Positions 14,962 through 29,550 of a DNA stretch of 64,000 nucleotides are shown piece by piece; position 1 is the first letter of the stretch; each line of letters starts with the position of its first letter. A program made the translations under genes and the position numbers. The DNA is from Eledone cirrhosa (taxonomy: Eukaryota), in NCBI GenBank assembly GCA_964016885.1, contig OZ024747.1, positions 58,528,001 through 58,592,000 on the forward strand, in the 5' to 3' direction. The notes below the pieces were generated by a model, which saw only the letters and a program-made list of their open reading frames with translations, was not told where the DNA came from and did not search any database.

Positions 14962-15239
14962 TATATGTATATATATTATATAGATATATGTGTAAATGTA
15001 TGTGTAGATATATATATGTGTGTGTGTGTATATAAATATATATATATGTGTGGGTATATATAAATATATAGAGAGAGAGCGAGAGAGAGAAAGAGAGAAA
15101 GTGAATGAGGGAGACATGGAGAGAGAGTGAGATATCGATGGTTCATTGATCGATTGATAGAGAGGAAGCGTTTGGTGAAGTTTTATTGGTTATACTATTA
15201 TTTTAAATGTCGTCGCTCTATTTATTAGCGTTCAGAGAG

Positions 15240-15309
<70 letters not shown>

Positions 15310-15390
15310 GTATATATATATATATATACATATATATTTATATATTTATGTATATATATATATATATATATACATATATATTTATATATT

Positions 15391-15436
<46 letters not shown>

Positions 15437-15448
15437 TATTTATATATT

Positions 15449-15493
<45 letters not shown>

Positions 15494-15497
15494 ACAC

Positions 15498-15549
<52 letters not shown>

Positions 15550-15666
15550 ACACCCATATATATATATATATATATAAACATACACACACACACACATATA
15601 ATATATATATATAAACACACACACACATATATGTATATAAACGGACATGCACAGACACACACATAA

Positions 15667-15716
<50 letters not shown>

Positions 15717-15858
15717 CTATATATAGATATATATATAGTATATATGTAATGATGTATGTTATACATTAAATCGAATAATATATATATATATATATTCGAT
15801 TGAATGTGTATTTGTATGTATAACGTACATTACATATATACTATAGGTATCTATATAT

Positions 15859-15914
<56 letters not shown>

Positions 15915-16349
15915 GATTGAATGTGTATGTGTATGTATAACGTACATTACATATTTACTATAGGTACATAGATTTAAATAGATTGATAGATAGATAGACA
16001 AAGGAGAATAAGAGGAAATTTACATAGAAAAACTGCCAGCCAGCCTACCAACGAAGAGTGAACCAACGAACAATCTACCAACAGCAAGCCAACCAGCCAG
16101 TCTACCTACCAAACAACGAGATAAACAATAAATGGATAAACAAATATATATACTCCAAAGGGGTAGATGTGAAGTGGAAGAGGAGAGTGTAGGTAGTGGT
16201 ATAACATATATAAGAAGTTATTTTGGGAGTTTATGCAACATCAGCAATAACCAACACAAAAGTGAATGTTATATGAAGCGAAAATTACAGCAAAGAAAAC
16301 AAGAGATCAGATATAAACGAGCGTACGTATGTATATATATATATATATA

Positions 16350-16555
16350 AAATATTAAAAAAATAATGAATAAAACAATGAAACAGTTCCTTATATTAAA
16401 CAAAAAAAGTTCATTATTTAACGATCGTTTCTAGGATATATATGTGTTAGAATTGGCATGCATATTCAACAGATCTATGTACAAAATTATACAAAATTAT
16501 ACAAACTATCAAAATTAAATATACATACCAAACACATATATATGCCGTCTTCAGA

Positions 16556-16560
<5 letters not shown>
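16350..16560 (-). ncRNA. Second copy of the long-stem-II HHR element, flanked by (TA)n
   Basis: Reverse complement reads ATTATTT-CTGAAGA-cggcata...-GAAA-CGATCG-TT-AAATAATGAA. Confidence 0.8.
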
Positions 16561-16636
<76 letters not shown>

Positions 16637-17423
16637 GAGAGAGAGAGAGAGACGTATAGAAAATGAACAGCTATGACCGCGAGTCGGTTTGTAGTATTCG
16701 TTTCGGCTCTTTGTTCTTTGAGTTCACATCCGACCGAGGTCAACTTTACCTTTCATCCATTCAACTTCCATTGCCTCACTCTTTCTTTCCTTCTCTGGAA
16801 GAATTCTGCTCCATTAAGATCTGGAAAGGATTCAACTCTGCCAGGTGTAAAAAAAACAATACCCTATGCCCATTGAGTTACACAATTCTCCATCTGAAAT
16901 CCTAAAATTTATTCCAGATTAAAACTTACGCAATTTGTCAGACAGAATGCCATAACATCCGACTCCAATTTATACCTCTGCAACTGCTAATGTGATTTCA
17001 ATTATAGAATTCTTAAAATTAACACCAGGGAAGACATTCATTTTCTTAGCCGAAAGCAGAGTCAATGATGTGAGGATTAAGACATGGCAGGTACTTATTT
17101 CATTAATTGGTATGTACATGGTAGTACTGTTAATCCTGACAAAACTTAAACTCCGAAAGCACGTGGCGTAACAAGTCAATAATTTGGGTAATCCACCCAC
17201 TTATTCTCTGTTTCAATCTACTAACTTCTCATTCATTAATAATATTAAACGTCAAGTACGTATAATTAATTTGACCACTTGATTTAGTAATTAGGATGAT
17301 TTAATGCAATAAATTGCGGTCGTAATATAGTAATTACCTATCTTAATAGTTACGGTTTTAATAGAATCATTTGCAGTCTTAATACTGCATTTAGCGGTCG
17401 TCTTTGTCATTATATGTTGAGGA

Positions 17424-17570
17424 AATTACCCAGTGGTACTTTATTTTATCGACCCTGTAAGGATGAAAGGCCGAGGTTTACTTTGCCTTTCCTCCTTACA
17501 GGGTCGATAAAATAAAGTACCAGTAATGCACTGGGTAATTGCTGGCCTTGTGCCTAAAGTAGAAACAATT
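17424..17570 (+). mobile_element. 5'-inverted SINE 3' fragment
   Basis: 17424-17470 is the reverse complement of 17487-17540; imperfect flanking duplication TTATA(T/A)GTTGAGGA. Confidence 0.85.
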
Positions 17571-19354
17571 ATAAGTTGAGGAGAATTAATAGTGGTGTCG
17601 ATAATATACTTAATATATAGTGAGGTGATATATCCTGATATTTGAACTGAAATATTTCTGTGGCTGATTCTATTAATTCAACATTGTCCACTCCATCTAA
17701 ATCATAGTCAGTAACTAGGTGAAGATGTAAAAGAAAATTGAAATAGTAATGTGTTTCATTTCCCAGTATACTTATTTAAGTTACTAATGTTAGTTTGGAG
17801 ATACCACGACAGATTCACCAGATAGTGTCATATTTTCGTGTTCAATCTTGTAAAGATCTCGTGTCTATTCAAGAATATATTGCTCTGCAGATGTTTTGTA
17901 GTTGGATGAAACTGGAATCTGCTCCTGTTTCCAATACCGTTTTCGTCTGATGCCAGAAGCAAAACTAATAATGCGTTCCTCCATAATGTCTAGTCTACCT
18001 AAACGAAGTTTCCGGGGAGTATATTACGATTTATTGCCAGGGGTGTAGCACATATGGCAAATGTGTAATCCTTGTCGTCAGTAATGTGATATTAATAATT
18101 AGGATACTTGTTATTCTGCGTTATGTGATAATGCTTACATCTGATATCCCCTCGTTGATTATTTACGAGACCAGCAAACCTCCAATCATCTAAGATTAAT
18201 TAAGTCTGTGTTGTCTAATGTAATTCTCAAGGGCAATTCTCTTACACATAATTGAAACATCTTCATCATTGTATTAAAAGATTTTCCACATACTGAAACT
18301 TCAACATTATATTGTTTGGTGATAGAAAGCGCACGTAGGGGGTGTAATATTCACAAACGTAGCTTCAGCCAATTGACAAGTTTCGCTTGCAAATATTACA
18401 TTGGCAGAATCGTAAGAACGTCACACAAAATGTCTTGTGTTACTTGTTTTCTTTCATTGAGCTTTTATTTCAAATCCCACCGAAGTCAACTTCTCATTTC
18501 ATCCTTCCGGAGTTGATAGCTTACATCTGCGAGTGTTTTGTGTTATATGTTCTCTGAGTTCAATTCTCAAAATGACCCCCCCCCCCCCTTAGTCAAAGAC
18601 TTAATCGGTCACCCAGGTTCAACAACACCATTTTACTCTTGGATGTTTTTTTTTTTTTTATCAGGATTAACTCTCTTGTAATGGCTACGGGCACCGTCTT
18701 TCCTTTCAGCATTAAAACAGTAAAAAAAGACGGTAAGGTGTGTGATTTCAGAAACTTGTCAGCAGATCAAGCAGTCACATAGAGTTTAATTCATTGGTTT
18801 GAAATAAATAGATAAAAATAATAATATTTTATATAATTCTAGATATTCATATTAAATACACCCTTCAAAGTTATAGTCATATCGGTCAGCATGTAGAGAG
18901 AAATGATGGCAGAGAGAAAGGGAAAGAAGTAATGGTTGTTTCCGCTTACAATATAGACATGTAATGATTAGTTTTACATGCAATGGTTCTTTAACGATAA
19001 GCGAACATATTCTTAGTTGTTAATGAGCATATATCTTACAACATCTGCATAAAAATATAAATAAATGAATAAAAAATTAAACAAAGATAAGTAGAGCTGA
19101 CCGAATTTCAGGAGGAAATTAGACCTAATTGAAAAAAAAAATTTAAATTAAAAGTTATCTTCATACAGGAAGATAGATCAAAATTGCTAAGACATATTAA
19201 GAAGAAAATAAATCTATTATGTAGTTAAAGCTATATAACTGTCGGGAAATCAGTCAATGCCATATTTAATATGGCTGCCATTCGGATTCAATTTGCCATT
19301 AAACATTTTAAAATTCTCTTCTCATACTTATCTCGATATTAATACTAGTAGATT

Positions 19355-19703
<349 letters not shown>

Positions 19704-19960
19704 TGCCATAGATATTTTTGTTGTTATCAGTATCCACGGTCGTTACAGCAGCAACATCGTCTTTAAGTTTAATAATATTCCTGTTTGCTTTATGATTAAT
19801 TTTAAATTTGTTTGTTTTCTTTTATTTCTTGAATTTATGATAATTTCTGTAGTAACATTCAAGTGGGGTAATTGATAAAATTGAATGAAGCTAATTTCAG
19901 GTGCACATGATGATATATATATATATAAATATGTATACTTCCGTATATACATACATACAT

Positions 19961-20536
19961 ATGATGGCTGCCAACTCGTTTTCGAGAACGGCCACTACTT
20001 TATATCCATGTAGGAGAACCCCTACCGATGCGCTGAACGAGTGTGACTTTTTAGTCCAGCCAGCGACTTGAAAACTCGGGTACAAACACTACAATTGTGA
20101 CAATTATTGACACATAGTGCTGGGCCCATGGTACCATGTGACGACAAGTGCAGAGAGATCTCCAGATAAAGCAATGCCTGTGCCGTGAAGCTTTTTAGAG
20201 TGAGCAAAGACACTGCACAAATCCAGTCCCACTCTCTTAACCAAGATGATATTTACCAAATAGAACAAGTCAACATCATTGGATACCATCAGAGTTGCAG
20301 GTGTTATATCAGAGTTTTCCTTCTCCTAGAATTTTGCCTTGACAAAGGCTAAGGGGTCATCTCTCCCGGTGATTTTGGATGGCCATTGACTCTTAAGAGC
20401 TCCTTTGCCCTTTGATAGGTTTTGTTTTTAGTCCTGCAGGATGTCCAAAGTCACCCTCCTCACCAAGAAACCTTGGTGGGGTTGTCAGTTTAGTCGCCAA
20501 CGACCCGTCCATGAGACAGGTTGTACTGGGTTACAT
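19961..20536 (-). mobile_element. Non-autonomous RTE-derived element (5'-UTR-like part fused to the LINE 3' end)
   Basis: C2H2-like C-terminus CSVCTRVFKSLAGLKSHTRSAH, 3' end GCAGCCATCAT, AGAGTTTTCCTTCTCCTAGA motif; second copy at 23668-24183. Confidence 0.75.
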
Positions 20537-20574
20537 ACATATACTTCCATACATACATACACATACTTACATAT

Positions 20575-20661
<87 letters not shown>

Positions 20662-20729
20662 CTGTTATACTCTGCTATGTATTGAGTACCTTACTTACTG
20701 TGGTTACCTCCGATTCAACCCGGAATAAC

Positions 20730-20768
<39 letters not shown>

Positions 20769-20775
20769 GAGAGAT

Positions 20776-20822
<47 letters not shown>

Positions 20823-21729
20823 GAGAGAGATAGAGAGAGAGAAATAGAGAGAGAGAGAAAGAGAGAGAGATAAAGAGAGAGCGAGCGAGAGGGGGGGGGG
20901 TGAAGTTGGAAATAGTACGGAAAATATATTTAAGGGTCAGGTTTTCTTTTTTTATCCTTTCTTTGATTCGTCAAAATGACATTATTGAAAAGTTGACATC
21001 TTGAAAAAAATGAGTGACAATTCTTTTTGAAAAAAAGTTTTATAATGTGTATATTACCGGTTTCGATGTATTATTAAAATTCATCTTATCAAATGTTGAG
21101 TATTGAAATAAAAATTTTGAAGAATAGGAACTAAAAACTAAAATTTAAAGATTTTAAATTAAAATCAAATATTGGAGTAAGTTTTCTTTCATCTTTCTTG
21201 CTCAAAATTTGGTGGTAATGAAGATAGCAGTAGCTGTGTTTCTTTACAGAACAAAGCTGTTTTCTGGCAACATCCTCTAAATATGTTTGTGTATATCTGA
21301 TTGTGCTAATTGACTGGTCAAGAGTTCAAAAGGATGAGGATTTGTAAGCTAGAGGTATATTTTGTGGCATCAGCAGAAGTTTAAGAGAAATTCTGTTGTT
21401 GGAATGTGGCTTTAGGGAGTGTGTATAAATATATAGATATATATACACATATGTATGTGTGCGGGTGTATATATATGTATATATATATGTGTGTATATAT
21501 ACATATATGTGTGTGTATATATATATATGTGTATATATCTGTATATATATATATATGTGTATATATATATATCTGTATATATATAAATATATGTATGTAT
21601 ATATATGTATATATGTGTGTGTGAATATATATATATAACGAAGGAGTTGTAGTAAGGAACAAGATGGACCATAACGCACCAGAGTACTCAATACTTAGGG
21701 TAGTAGAGTGGGTAATAGGAGAAAGTATA

Positions 21730-21815
21730 ACCCCGACGGCAGAGCTCAAGCAGTTTCGACGGACTAAATTAGAATTTCTAGTCCGGTAAATAAATAGCCG
21801 AACTTTTCAAGGGGT
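21730..21815 (-). ncRNA. Type I HHR with U3:A8 core and GUC cleavage triplet
   Basis: ACCCC-TTGAAAA-stem II-GAAA-CTGC-TTGAGCTCT-GCCG-TC-GGGGT. Confidence 0.72.
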
Positions 21816-22639
21816 ACTTTTTTATATGGGAAGATTGTAGTTGTCAAGAGGATTGGTCAAAATGTGTTGTAAACACAAATAAGTCTATCATGGCTGTGGG
21901 TGGGAGGTGGTGGTGGCTGAACTTGCCTGTAGAAGGATGAGGGCGTGGGTGGAGCCGGTCAAGCGTTGAAAGTGAAATCTATACGGCAAATTCTAAGGAT
22001 TGTGTATGAAAGTAGGCCAGAGGAGGTAGGCGAAAAAAGGTTTCTGAAGAAAATGGAGGGATGTTATAGAATGGGTAAATCAATTGAGATTTGGAGGCAA
22101 GAAAAATATAATAAAAAAATAAGAGAAAGATATATAAAAATATAAAAATGGAAAGTGAGAAGTGATAAAAAACAAAAACAATAGAGTCTAAAACAGCTGC
22201 TATATTTAGTTGGTGTTGCTTTTTCGGCCAATGCTATAGAATGAGCTGAGAATAGAAGATACTAAATAAGAATTATTGAAATTGTAGAATTGGGTAGTAA
22301 AAAGTAAAACAAAATCTCTGGGGTCTAACATAGCTGCTATGATTAGTTAGTATAGTGTAATCGTCCAATGCTAACTTTAAGTTACTGGGGTGGGGGTACT
22401 GAGAATACAGAGGTCCGATGGGCTGCCTCGGGGTAGGAGAAAGGGGAAAAAACGACGAGGAAGAAGATCGGTTGTGGAAGGAAATGATAGGAGGAGACAA
22501 AGGGAAGAAGAAAACATAGAGGAAAAGATGTACATCTACCTATGTAAGCTGGGGTTTCCCCTATCTTATTCGGCAAGTGGGGTGTTTCAGCCCTTGTCAA
22601 CCCATCCGGATTGTTAGGGGGTTTGAGGGCGAGGTAAGT

Positions 22640-23117
22640 CTTACGCAATCTGTGTTTGCATGCAGTTACCCGTTTGTCTTTTTTGTTTAGGTGTTGATCC
22701 TTCGTAAACAGCAGGGCGTCCTCCCGTGTAAGAATTAGCACTGGACAGTAAGCTCCTAGTAAGATTGTAAGTTATATTATTATCTTGGAGGTCCTAGATG
22801 TGGCCTGAAAGTGTGGTGGCATGTCGCCGGACCGCGTTTCGGAACGTATGTCGGTGTTGGTAGAGCCGGGTCTTAAAGTCACAAGCGGTTAATTCTATAC
22901 AAACTTTGTTAGAGGTGTCCATCCTCACGTTGCACTGGTAGATGCCGTTACGTTCTCGGCATCTGTTGTTGAGGGGGCACGTAGATCTATCAGGGCAGTT
23001 ACACCTCCTTGTCGGCTCTCCAGTAATATCTAGGTTGTTTCTTCCAAAGGGATTGAGTCTTTTGTTGCTTGAAGAGACGATATTTTGTGCGAAGTTAGGT
23101 GTGGTGCTGTAGGAGAG
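22640..23117 (-). pseudogene. PLE GIY-YIG endonuclease remnant (not in the ORF track as one frame)
   Basis: My translation: LSYSTTPN..CNCPDRSTCPLNNRCRERNGIYQCNV..KVCIELTACDFKTRLYQHRHTF..ATTLSGHI*DL.., then a frame change to HLNKKDKRVTACKH. Confidence 0.88.
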
Positions 23118-23495
23118 CTATTTTTGTATTATTTTCTTTATTGTCTCCTATGCACAATTGAATTACCCATTCTATACACTTCCCTCCTCTATTTTCTCTA
23201 TAAACCTTTTTTCGCCTACCTCCTAATTTGATCCAGAAATAGCCGTCGGAACGGCTTGAACTCTGCCGTCGGGGTCATAATTTCTCCTCTCTCTATATAT
23301 ATATGTATGTATATATATGTATATATGTGTGTGTGAATATATATCTGTGTGCGTGAATATATATATGTGTGTGTGAATATATATATGTGTATGTGTGAAT
23401 ATATATATGTGTGTGAATATATATATGTGTGTGTGTGTGAATATATATATATGTGTGTATATATATATGTGTGTGTGTGAATATATGTATATGTG

Positions 23496-23633
<138 letters not shown>

Positions 23634-23641
23634 TATATTGT

Positions 23642-24183
23642 GTCAGGTCACCAGTTGGTGCTATTGGTAACATGTATCCCAGTACAACCTGTCTCATGGT
23701 CGGGTCGTTGGCGACTAAACTGGCAACCCCACCAAGGTTTCTTGGTGAGGAGGGTGGCTTTGGACATCCTGCAGGACTAAAAACAAAACCTGTAAAAAGG
23801 CAAAGGGGCTCTTAAGAGTCAATAGCCATCCAAAATCACCGGGAGAGATGACCCCTTAGCCTTTGTCAAGGCAGAATTCTAGGAGAAGGAAAACTCTGAT
23901 ATAACACCTGCAACCCTGATGGTATCCAATGATGTTGAATTGTTCTTCTTTTTGGCAAATATCATCTTGGTTAAGAGAGTGGGACTGGCTTTGTGCAGTG
24001 CCTTTGCTCACTATAAAAGCTTCACAGCACAGGCATTGTTTATATCTGGAGATCTCTCTGCACTTGTCGTCACATGGTACCATGGGCCCAGCACTATGTG
24101 TCAATAATTGTCACAAGTGTAGTGTTTGTACCAGAGTTTTCAAGTCGCTGGCTGGACTAAAAAGTCACACTCGTTCAGCGTAT
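23642..24183 (+). mobile_element. RTE-derived non-autonomous element, 3'-truncated
   Basis: Highly similar to the reverse complement of 20028-20536. Confidence 0.8.
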
Positions 24184-24610
24184 CAGACGAAAGGGACTAG
24201 ATATCCAACTGGCCCACTCAGGTCCTTCTCTACGCGGACAGCTAACCAAAAGATACTCCACCAGACATGACAACTGCTGCAGGCTAGCCAGCTGCCCCAT
24301 CAACGACACAGACCTATGCCACCAGGCTTACGTCGTATACAGACTAGAGTGTGACAAATGCAGCAACTTCTACGTAGGTAGCACCACCAGGCCACTCTAC
24401 ATAAGAATAAAAGAACACCTCAATACTAACGCTTCCTTATTTAATAAACACCTAGTTAAATGCAAAAACACCGACAAAACCATATCAGTTAGGATAGAAA
24501 ATAAGGAAAGAAACCTCGGCAATCTTAGAATTAAGGAAGCAATAACTATAGAGAAAACACAACCACCAATCAATAATAGACTAGAACTCAACACCCAATT
24601 TATAACTTGA
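24182..24610 (+). pseudogene. PLE GIY-YIG endonuclease C-terminal fragment; uninterrupted frame with no start codon
   Basis: My translation: CCRLASCPINDTDLCHQAYVVYRLECDKCSNFYVGSTTRPLYIRIKEHL..LRIKEAITIEKTQPPINNRLE; TGA at 24608-24610. Confidence 0.93.
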
Positions 24611-24653
24611 TAGAGCTTCTAGCCCCATAACACTCGGTTAACCGCTTTACTTC

Positions 24654-24688
24654 CCTCCGAAGAAGAGATATTATCTCGAAAATTAAGG
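24654..24688 (+). ncRNA. Minimal HHR (U4C variant) just downstream of the GIY-YIG stop codon
   Basis: CCT-CCGAAGA-a-GAGATA-t-TATCTC-GAAA-AT-TA-AGG. Confidence 0.7.
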
Positions 24689-24837
24689 ACATTTAAATAA
24701 ATCTAAGGTAAAAGACTAATTGTCAACAATATCTTTTGCATTTGCATTCTTTATTATATGTCCATACCTGCATTGTTTTGGCTTTATTATGCATATATAC
24801 CTCATTAGACAATGCTTCAAGTGAACTATTACCTCCT

Positions 24838-24932
<95 letters not shown>

Positions 24933-24976
24933 ATATATATATGTATATATATATATATTTATGTATATATATATAA

Positions 24977-25015
<39 letters not shown>

Positions 25016-25039
25016 TGTATATATATATATTTATGTATA

Positions 25040-25070
<31 letters not shown>

Positions 25071-25074
25071 ATTA

Positions 25075-25115
<41 letters not shown>

Positions 25116-26662
25116 AAATATATATTACACAAAGAAAAGTGTGTTACACAGTGAGATGTGTGTAAAGAATTATTACAAATGAGTTTACCGTTACTGTATG
25201 GAGAACAATATCTACAGGTTAGCAATTAAATAGAAAAAAACTAATTCAGAATCAAATCTCTGTATTAGAGTTTTAAATTTCGAACCTTATAACTATATTT
25301 TGCTGATACGAATCTCGCTTCGTTTCACCACTTATATGTGAAGTATAACAGGTCACAGGATCCTCAGTCAGCAAATGCGAACACTGAACACCACACATCA
25401 AACCTCATGCATAGAGAGATAGCTAATAGACACGCTGCCCAAAGTAGGGCGAAATCACGTGTTATTTGCATCAAATAACGGCTCTCACGGATTGGGGAAG
25501 ACGCTAGAAATGGCAGCCCAACCATTCGAATGGTATATGTATATATTTCCATATATACATATCAATATATACGTGTATTCATATATATTTGTGAATGTGT
25601 ATGTATATTCATGTGTGTATATGCGTGTGTATACTTGTCTAGATATATTTTCAATATGACGGTATCTTTATGGCAGAAATGTGCGTTTTTCCTTCTCTTA
25701 AAGTATGAACACGTCACAGTGAGCGCTTAGCTAGGGATATTAAGAAGTTATTATAAAATTCGTGACACTATTAGACGGTATATATTTCTTTTTAGTAAAG
25801 TGTTGTATTTCAGATGTTTTGAAATTTTAAATTTGTATTAAACTATCTTATTTGTTAATGTAGAATCAAATATGTATATTCCTCTGTTGATCCGCGTTGA
25901 GCAAATCCCTTTATTGCACATAACTCAGCTGAAATATGTACCAACGGAGGTTGCTGATTAATCTTAGGATTAACTTGCATCACGTCATTCGCCATGTTGT
26001 ACTTTCAGTTGTTTCATGTCAATAAACAAAAATCAGAATAATCTCCGGCTTGATGAATATTTATGCAGGAGACATATTTCAATTGTTAATTGTAGTATGT
26101 TTTCGTGTATAAATCGTATAGTTTTGCACCAAAATTAAAAAATAAACGTGGCTGATGCTACGTGGAATGCGTTATACACGAATACATATTTTCAGAATTC
26201 TTTTTCGTTTGCTTATAAATATATAGAACGTTGATAAAGCCATATCAAACAGAATAGTAAGAGCTTCATTAAAAACTTAAATAAGATTACCTCAAACATA
26301 TTAGCATATTTCCCGAAATTCAAAAATTTTTTTTTAACAGGAAGTATGATAATCTCACTTCCGTACAAAGTACTAAATATCCAGTTATTTTTACATTCTT
26401 TAAATTCATGAGAAACACAATATTGTAATATAATATATATGATATAGAGATGTTAATATGTACCATGGGACATGTTTACGAAGAGAATTACACGCCCAGA
26501 TCTGTATTTTGGGGTCATATTATGCCCCTGGATGTAATGGATTCCAGTGTTATTATCTTCAACAGCAGATGTATTATACACTAAAGAATTGGTTATATTG
26601 TAAATTGGTTTTAATTATGACTATGACAAAATGTTTATTGGTTGTTCTGACTAATAGATAAT

Positions 26663-26844
26663 TGTTTCTACTTTTGGCACAAGGCCAGCAATTATCCAGT
26701 CTATTACTGGTACTTTATTTTATTGACCCCATAAGGATGAAAGGCCAAGTTAACCTGGGCGGGATTTGAACTCAGAATGACAAGGACCATAACTCTATGC
26801 GTCAAAGCATGGCGTCCGACCCTCTACCGATACTGCCAATCCAC
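26663..26844 (-). mobile_element. tRNA-derived SINE with 12-bp TSD
   Basis: CTAATAGATAAT at 26651-26662 and 26845-26856. Confidence 0.92.
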
Positions 26845-27289
26845 CTAATAGATAATGATATATAATCAACATACTCTTTCTTTATCTTATAATCAATATC
26901 TAATAGTTAATGTCAGGGCATATATTTTCCAGAGAATACTTTGAATAAAGTTTCCAGTATTGAGTTAGCAACGCCATACCTTCTACAACGAAAATTTGGT
27001 TTTTGTTGGGTTTATATTAAAATTATACAAAGAATTGCCATGGAGATTTTGTTGACGTTGTTTGTTCCAGGTCAGCTTTAATCCTAACAATCCGCAGTCA
27101 AACATGATCCAGTTTTTATTGAATATTTTATTTGGATTTAGTGTTATTTGAGAGAATATTGGCTTTTATTTCCAGAAAATATATCTAACAGTGAAATGTT
27201 TGCCTTAGTATATTCCAGTATGGTTTACTTTTTCCTTTTTTTTGTACCTATAATATCAGCCGATGTAGTTTTTTACACTATAATCTAAT

Positions 27290-27508
27290 AATCGTTTCTA
27301 CTATAAGCACACTGCCAACAATGTGAAAGGAATAGTAAAGTCGAATGAATCGACCCTTGTTCTTACTGGTACTTTATGTTATCAACACCGTAAGGATGAA
27401 ACGCAAAGCTCACCTCGGCGGGATTTGATATCAGAACGTAAAGGGTCGTAACTCTATGCTGTTAGACTTATTGTCCAACACTCTATCGATACTGCCAATC
27501 CACCACTT
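27290..27508 (-). mobile_element. tRNA-derived SINE, older copy
   Basis: Family signature ending GATACTGCCAATCCACC. Confidence 0.85.
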
Positions 27509-29427
27509 CACAAACTAATATTATGCTTGCGCATGTTCATAGCAACTTGGTAATAATCCGGTGAGGCAGGCTCTTTTTGGTTGCCTGTGTTGCTTGAATT
27601 AAAAGTCTCATTTCTTTAAAATCAGGTTCTAAGAAGTTTTTCTTGAAGGTTGACATATAGTTGAAGATAAATTGTTTAAGGTGAAATGGTCATGGCTAGA
27701 ATGTGTCGCTCATATAAGGTTGAACTGGAATGAAATGTAACAACAACAACCATCTAAGTCGAGGCTTTCAACTGATAGGTCTCTACGAGTTCTTAGTTGG
27801 CAGCGGGCCATTGCATGTTTTATGTATTATATGATATAATATACACGTAAACCATGAAGAAAACTAGAAAAGTCAACAACCAAAAATGGCAATTACAAAA
27901 AGAACGCTGACCCTGATCTATGAAATTCTCAAATACCAGAGTGCATGACGCCGCTACTATTTCTGATCATTTAGCCCACATGTCAAATGTCATCATATTT
28001 TCTTTGCTAACAATAAAGAATGAATGTCTGGCAGAAACCGAAGTATACTAGAATATGTGAAATACCTACAGGCCCTTTTACATAACAATAACACTCCAAT
28101 GTCTCATTGACTTGCCTTAATGTTTTTGTGTGCAGTGAAAGGTCAGTGGTATTCATGAGCATTTTATCTTATTTAACACATGAAGGTTTTATAATTAAAT
28201 TATGCCTAAAAGCAAATATTCAGAGATAGAAAAGAATCAGTACACTGGAATCAACTAAAAAAAAACAGCAAAAACAAAACAAAAAAGAAAGCTACATTAA
28301 TTGTAATTGAAATAGAATGTCTGCTGCATCGCGTCTGATATGCTAGCAATCATTACAAATGACATTCCTTGTGGTTGTTAAAAGAATTAATAACTTTATT
28401 CACACTAAATATCTAAGACAGCAATCTGTCCAATAACATTTCACCTGATTATAATGATTTTAATTTGCCAGGAAGTTGTTTTAGTAACTGAGTGATAGGG
28501 AAGTGTTAGTATCTGACAGTGGAATCGACAATCCAGAAATTCGGTGATTATCAACGAGAAAATTGAATTGGCAGAATTATCAGTGACCAGAGGTGCTGTG
28601 CCAAACTACTAAAGTCTTATTGATTGATTTGAATCATTCGGAGACAGGCTGCATCTTATCCGCATTAAGGTGGTATAATATATATGATATATACCCCTAT
28701 ATAACTACACCTATTCCATACCTAACGATTAAGGTTTATATGATATGTACAAGGTTTATATAACATTTACTGCATTAATTCTAAACGCTATAGTACACTC
28801 TAAGACAAAGATAGAGATTATAACATTCAATGTAAGTGTAAAGTAACTACGATTAATTAGACACATTAGACGATCGTCAAGGCATCTCTGTTGTATTTAT
28901 AGAATGTCGATTGTAACAGAATACGGGAGATTAGCCAGGTCTTTCTTTCTAACGCTATCTACCGTAATCACTTGTCCTACTCTTAAACAAACTTTAAGGC
29001 CACTATTATTAGGTGCTTTATTGCATCAGATACACTGATCCAGGTTCCACCTGTTACGGTTTGCTCCCTTCCTCACTCTCTTTGGGGTTTCGGAATACGC
29101 AGCCTTTGTGTGTATCTCGAGACCGCAAAGATACACTGACTTAAATAAATATATTAATGAAAAGTTAACAGTGTTATCCTATTGAACATACTTATAGATG
29201 TTTGCTTTTCCTGCAGGTGTGAATTAATTATATTACTTGGGAATTAATTTAATACAGAACTCTAGCCCCTAGCTATGAATTCATAAGGAAAATAGTTTTT
29301 CGAAAATATCACTCTATCCAAGGCAACTATGTAAGGGAGTCGCTAGTTCTCTCAATTGAGAGATCACAGCTCCAGTGTAATGAGATGTGAGAGCCTGATG
29401 GAGCGTTTGAAGACGATTGATTCAATG

Positions 29428-29550
29428 GAAGAAGAAGAAGAAGAAGAAGAAGAAGAAGAAGAAGAAGAAGAAGAAGAAGAAGAAGAAGAAGAAGAAGAAG
29501 AAGAAGAAGAAGAAGAAGAAGAAGAAGAAGAAGAAGAAGCAGCAGCAGCA
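29428..29550. repeat. (GAA)n microsatellite followed by (GCA)4
   Basis: Direct reading. Confidence 0.97.

Larger units (their letters stand above)
21636..23290 (-). mobile_element. 5'-truncated Penelope-like element with GIY-YIG remnant, 3' UTR, HHR, tail and inverted pLTR pieces (23150-23290)
   Basis: GIY-YIG translation; HHR at 21730-21815; 23155-23224 inverts 22020-22086; 23240-23288 inverts 21717-21765. Confidence 0.9.

Noticed and set aside
16765-18330. Possible old CR1-like LINE remnants
   Set aside because: Only faint peptide hints; needs a translated HMM search
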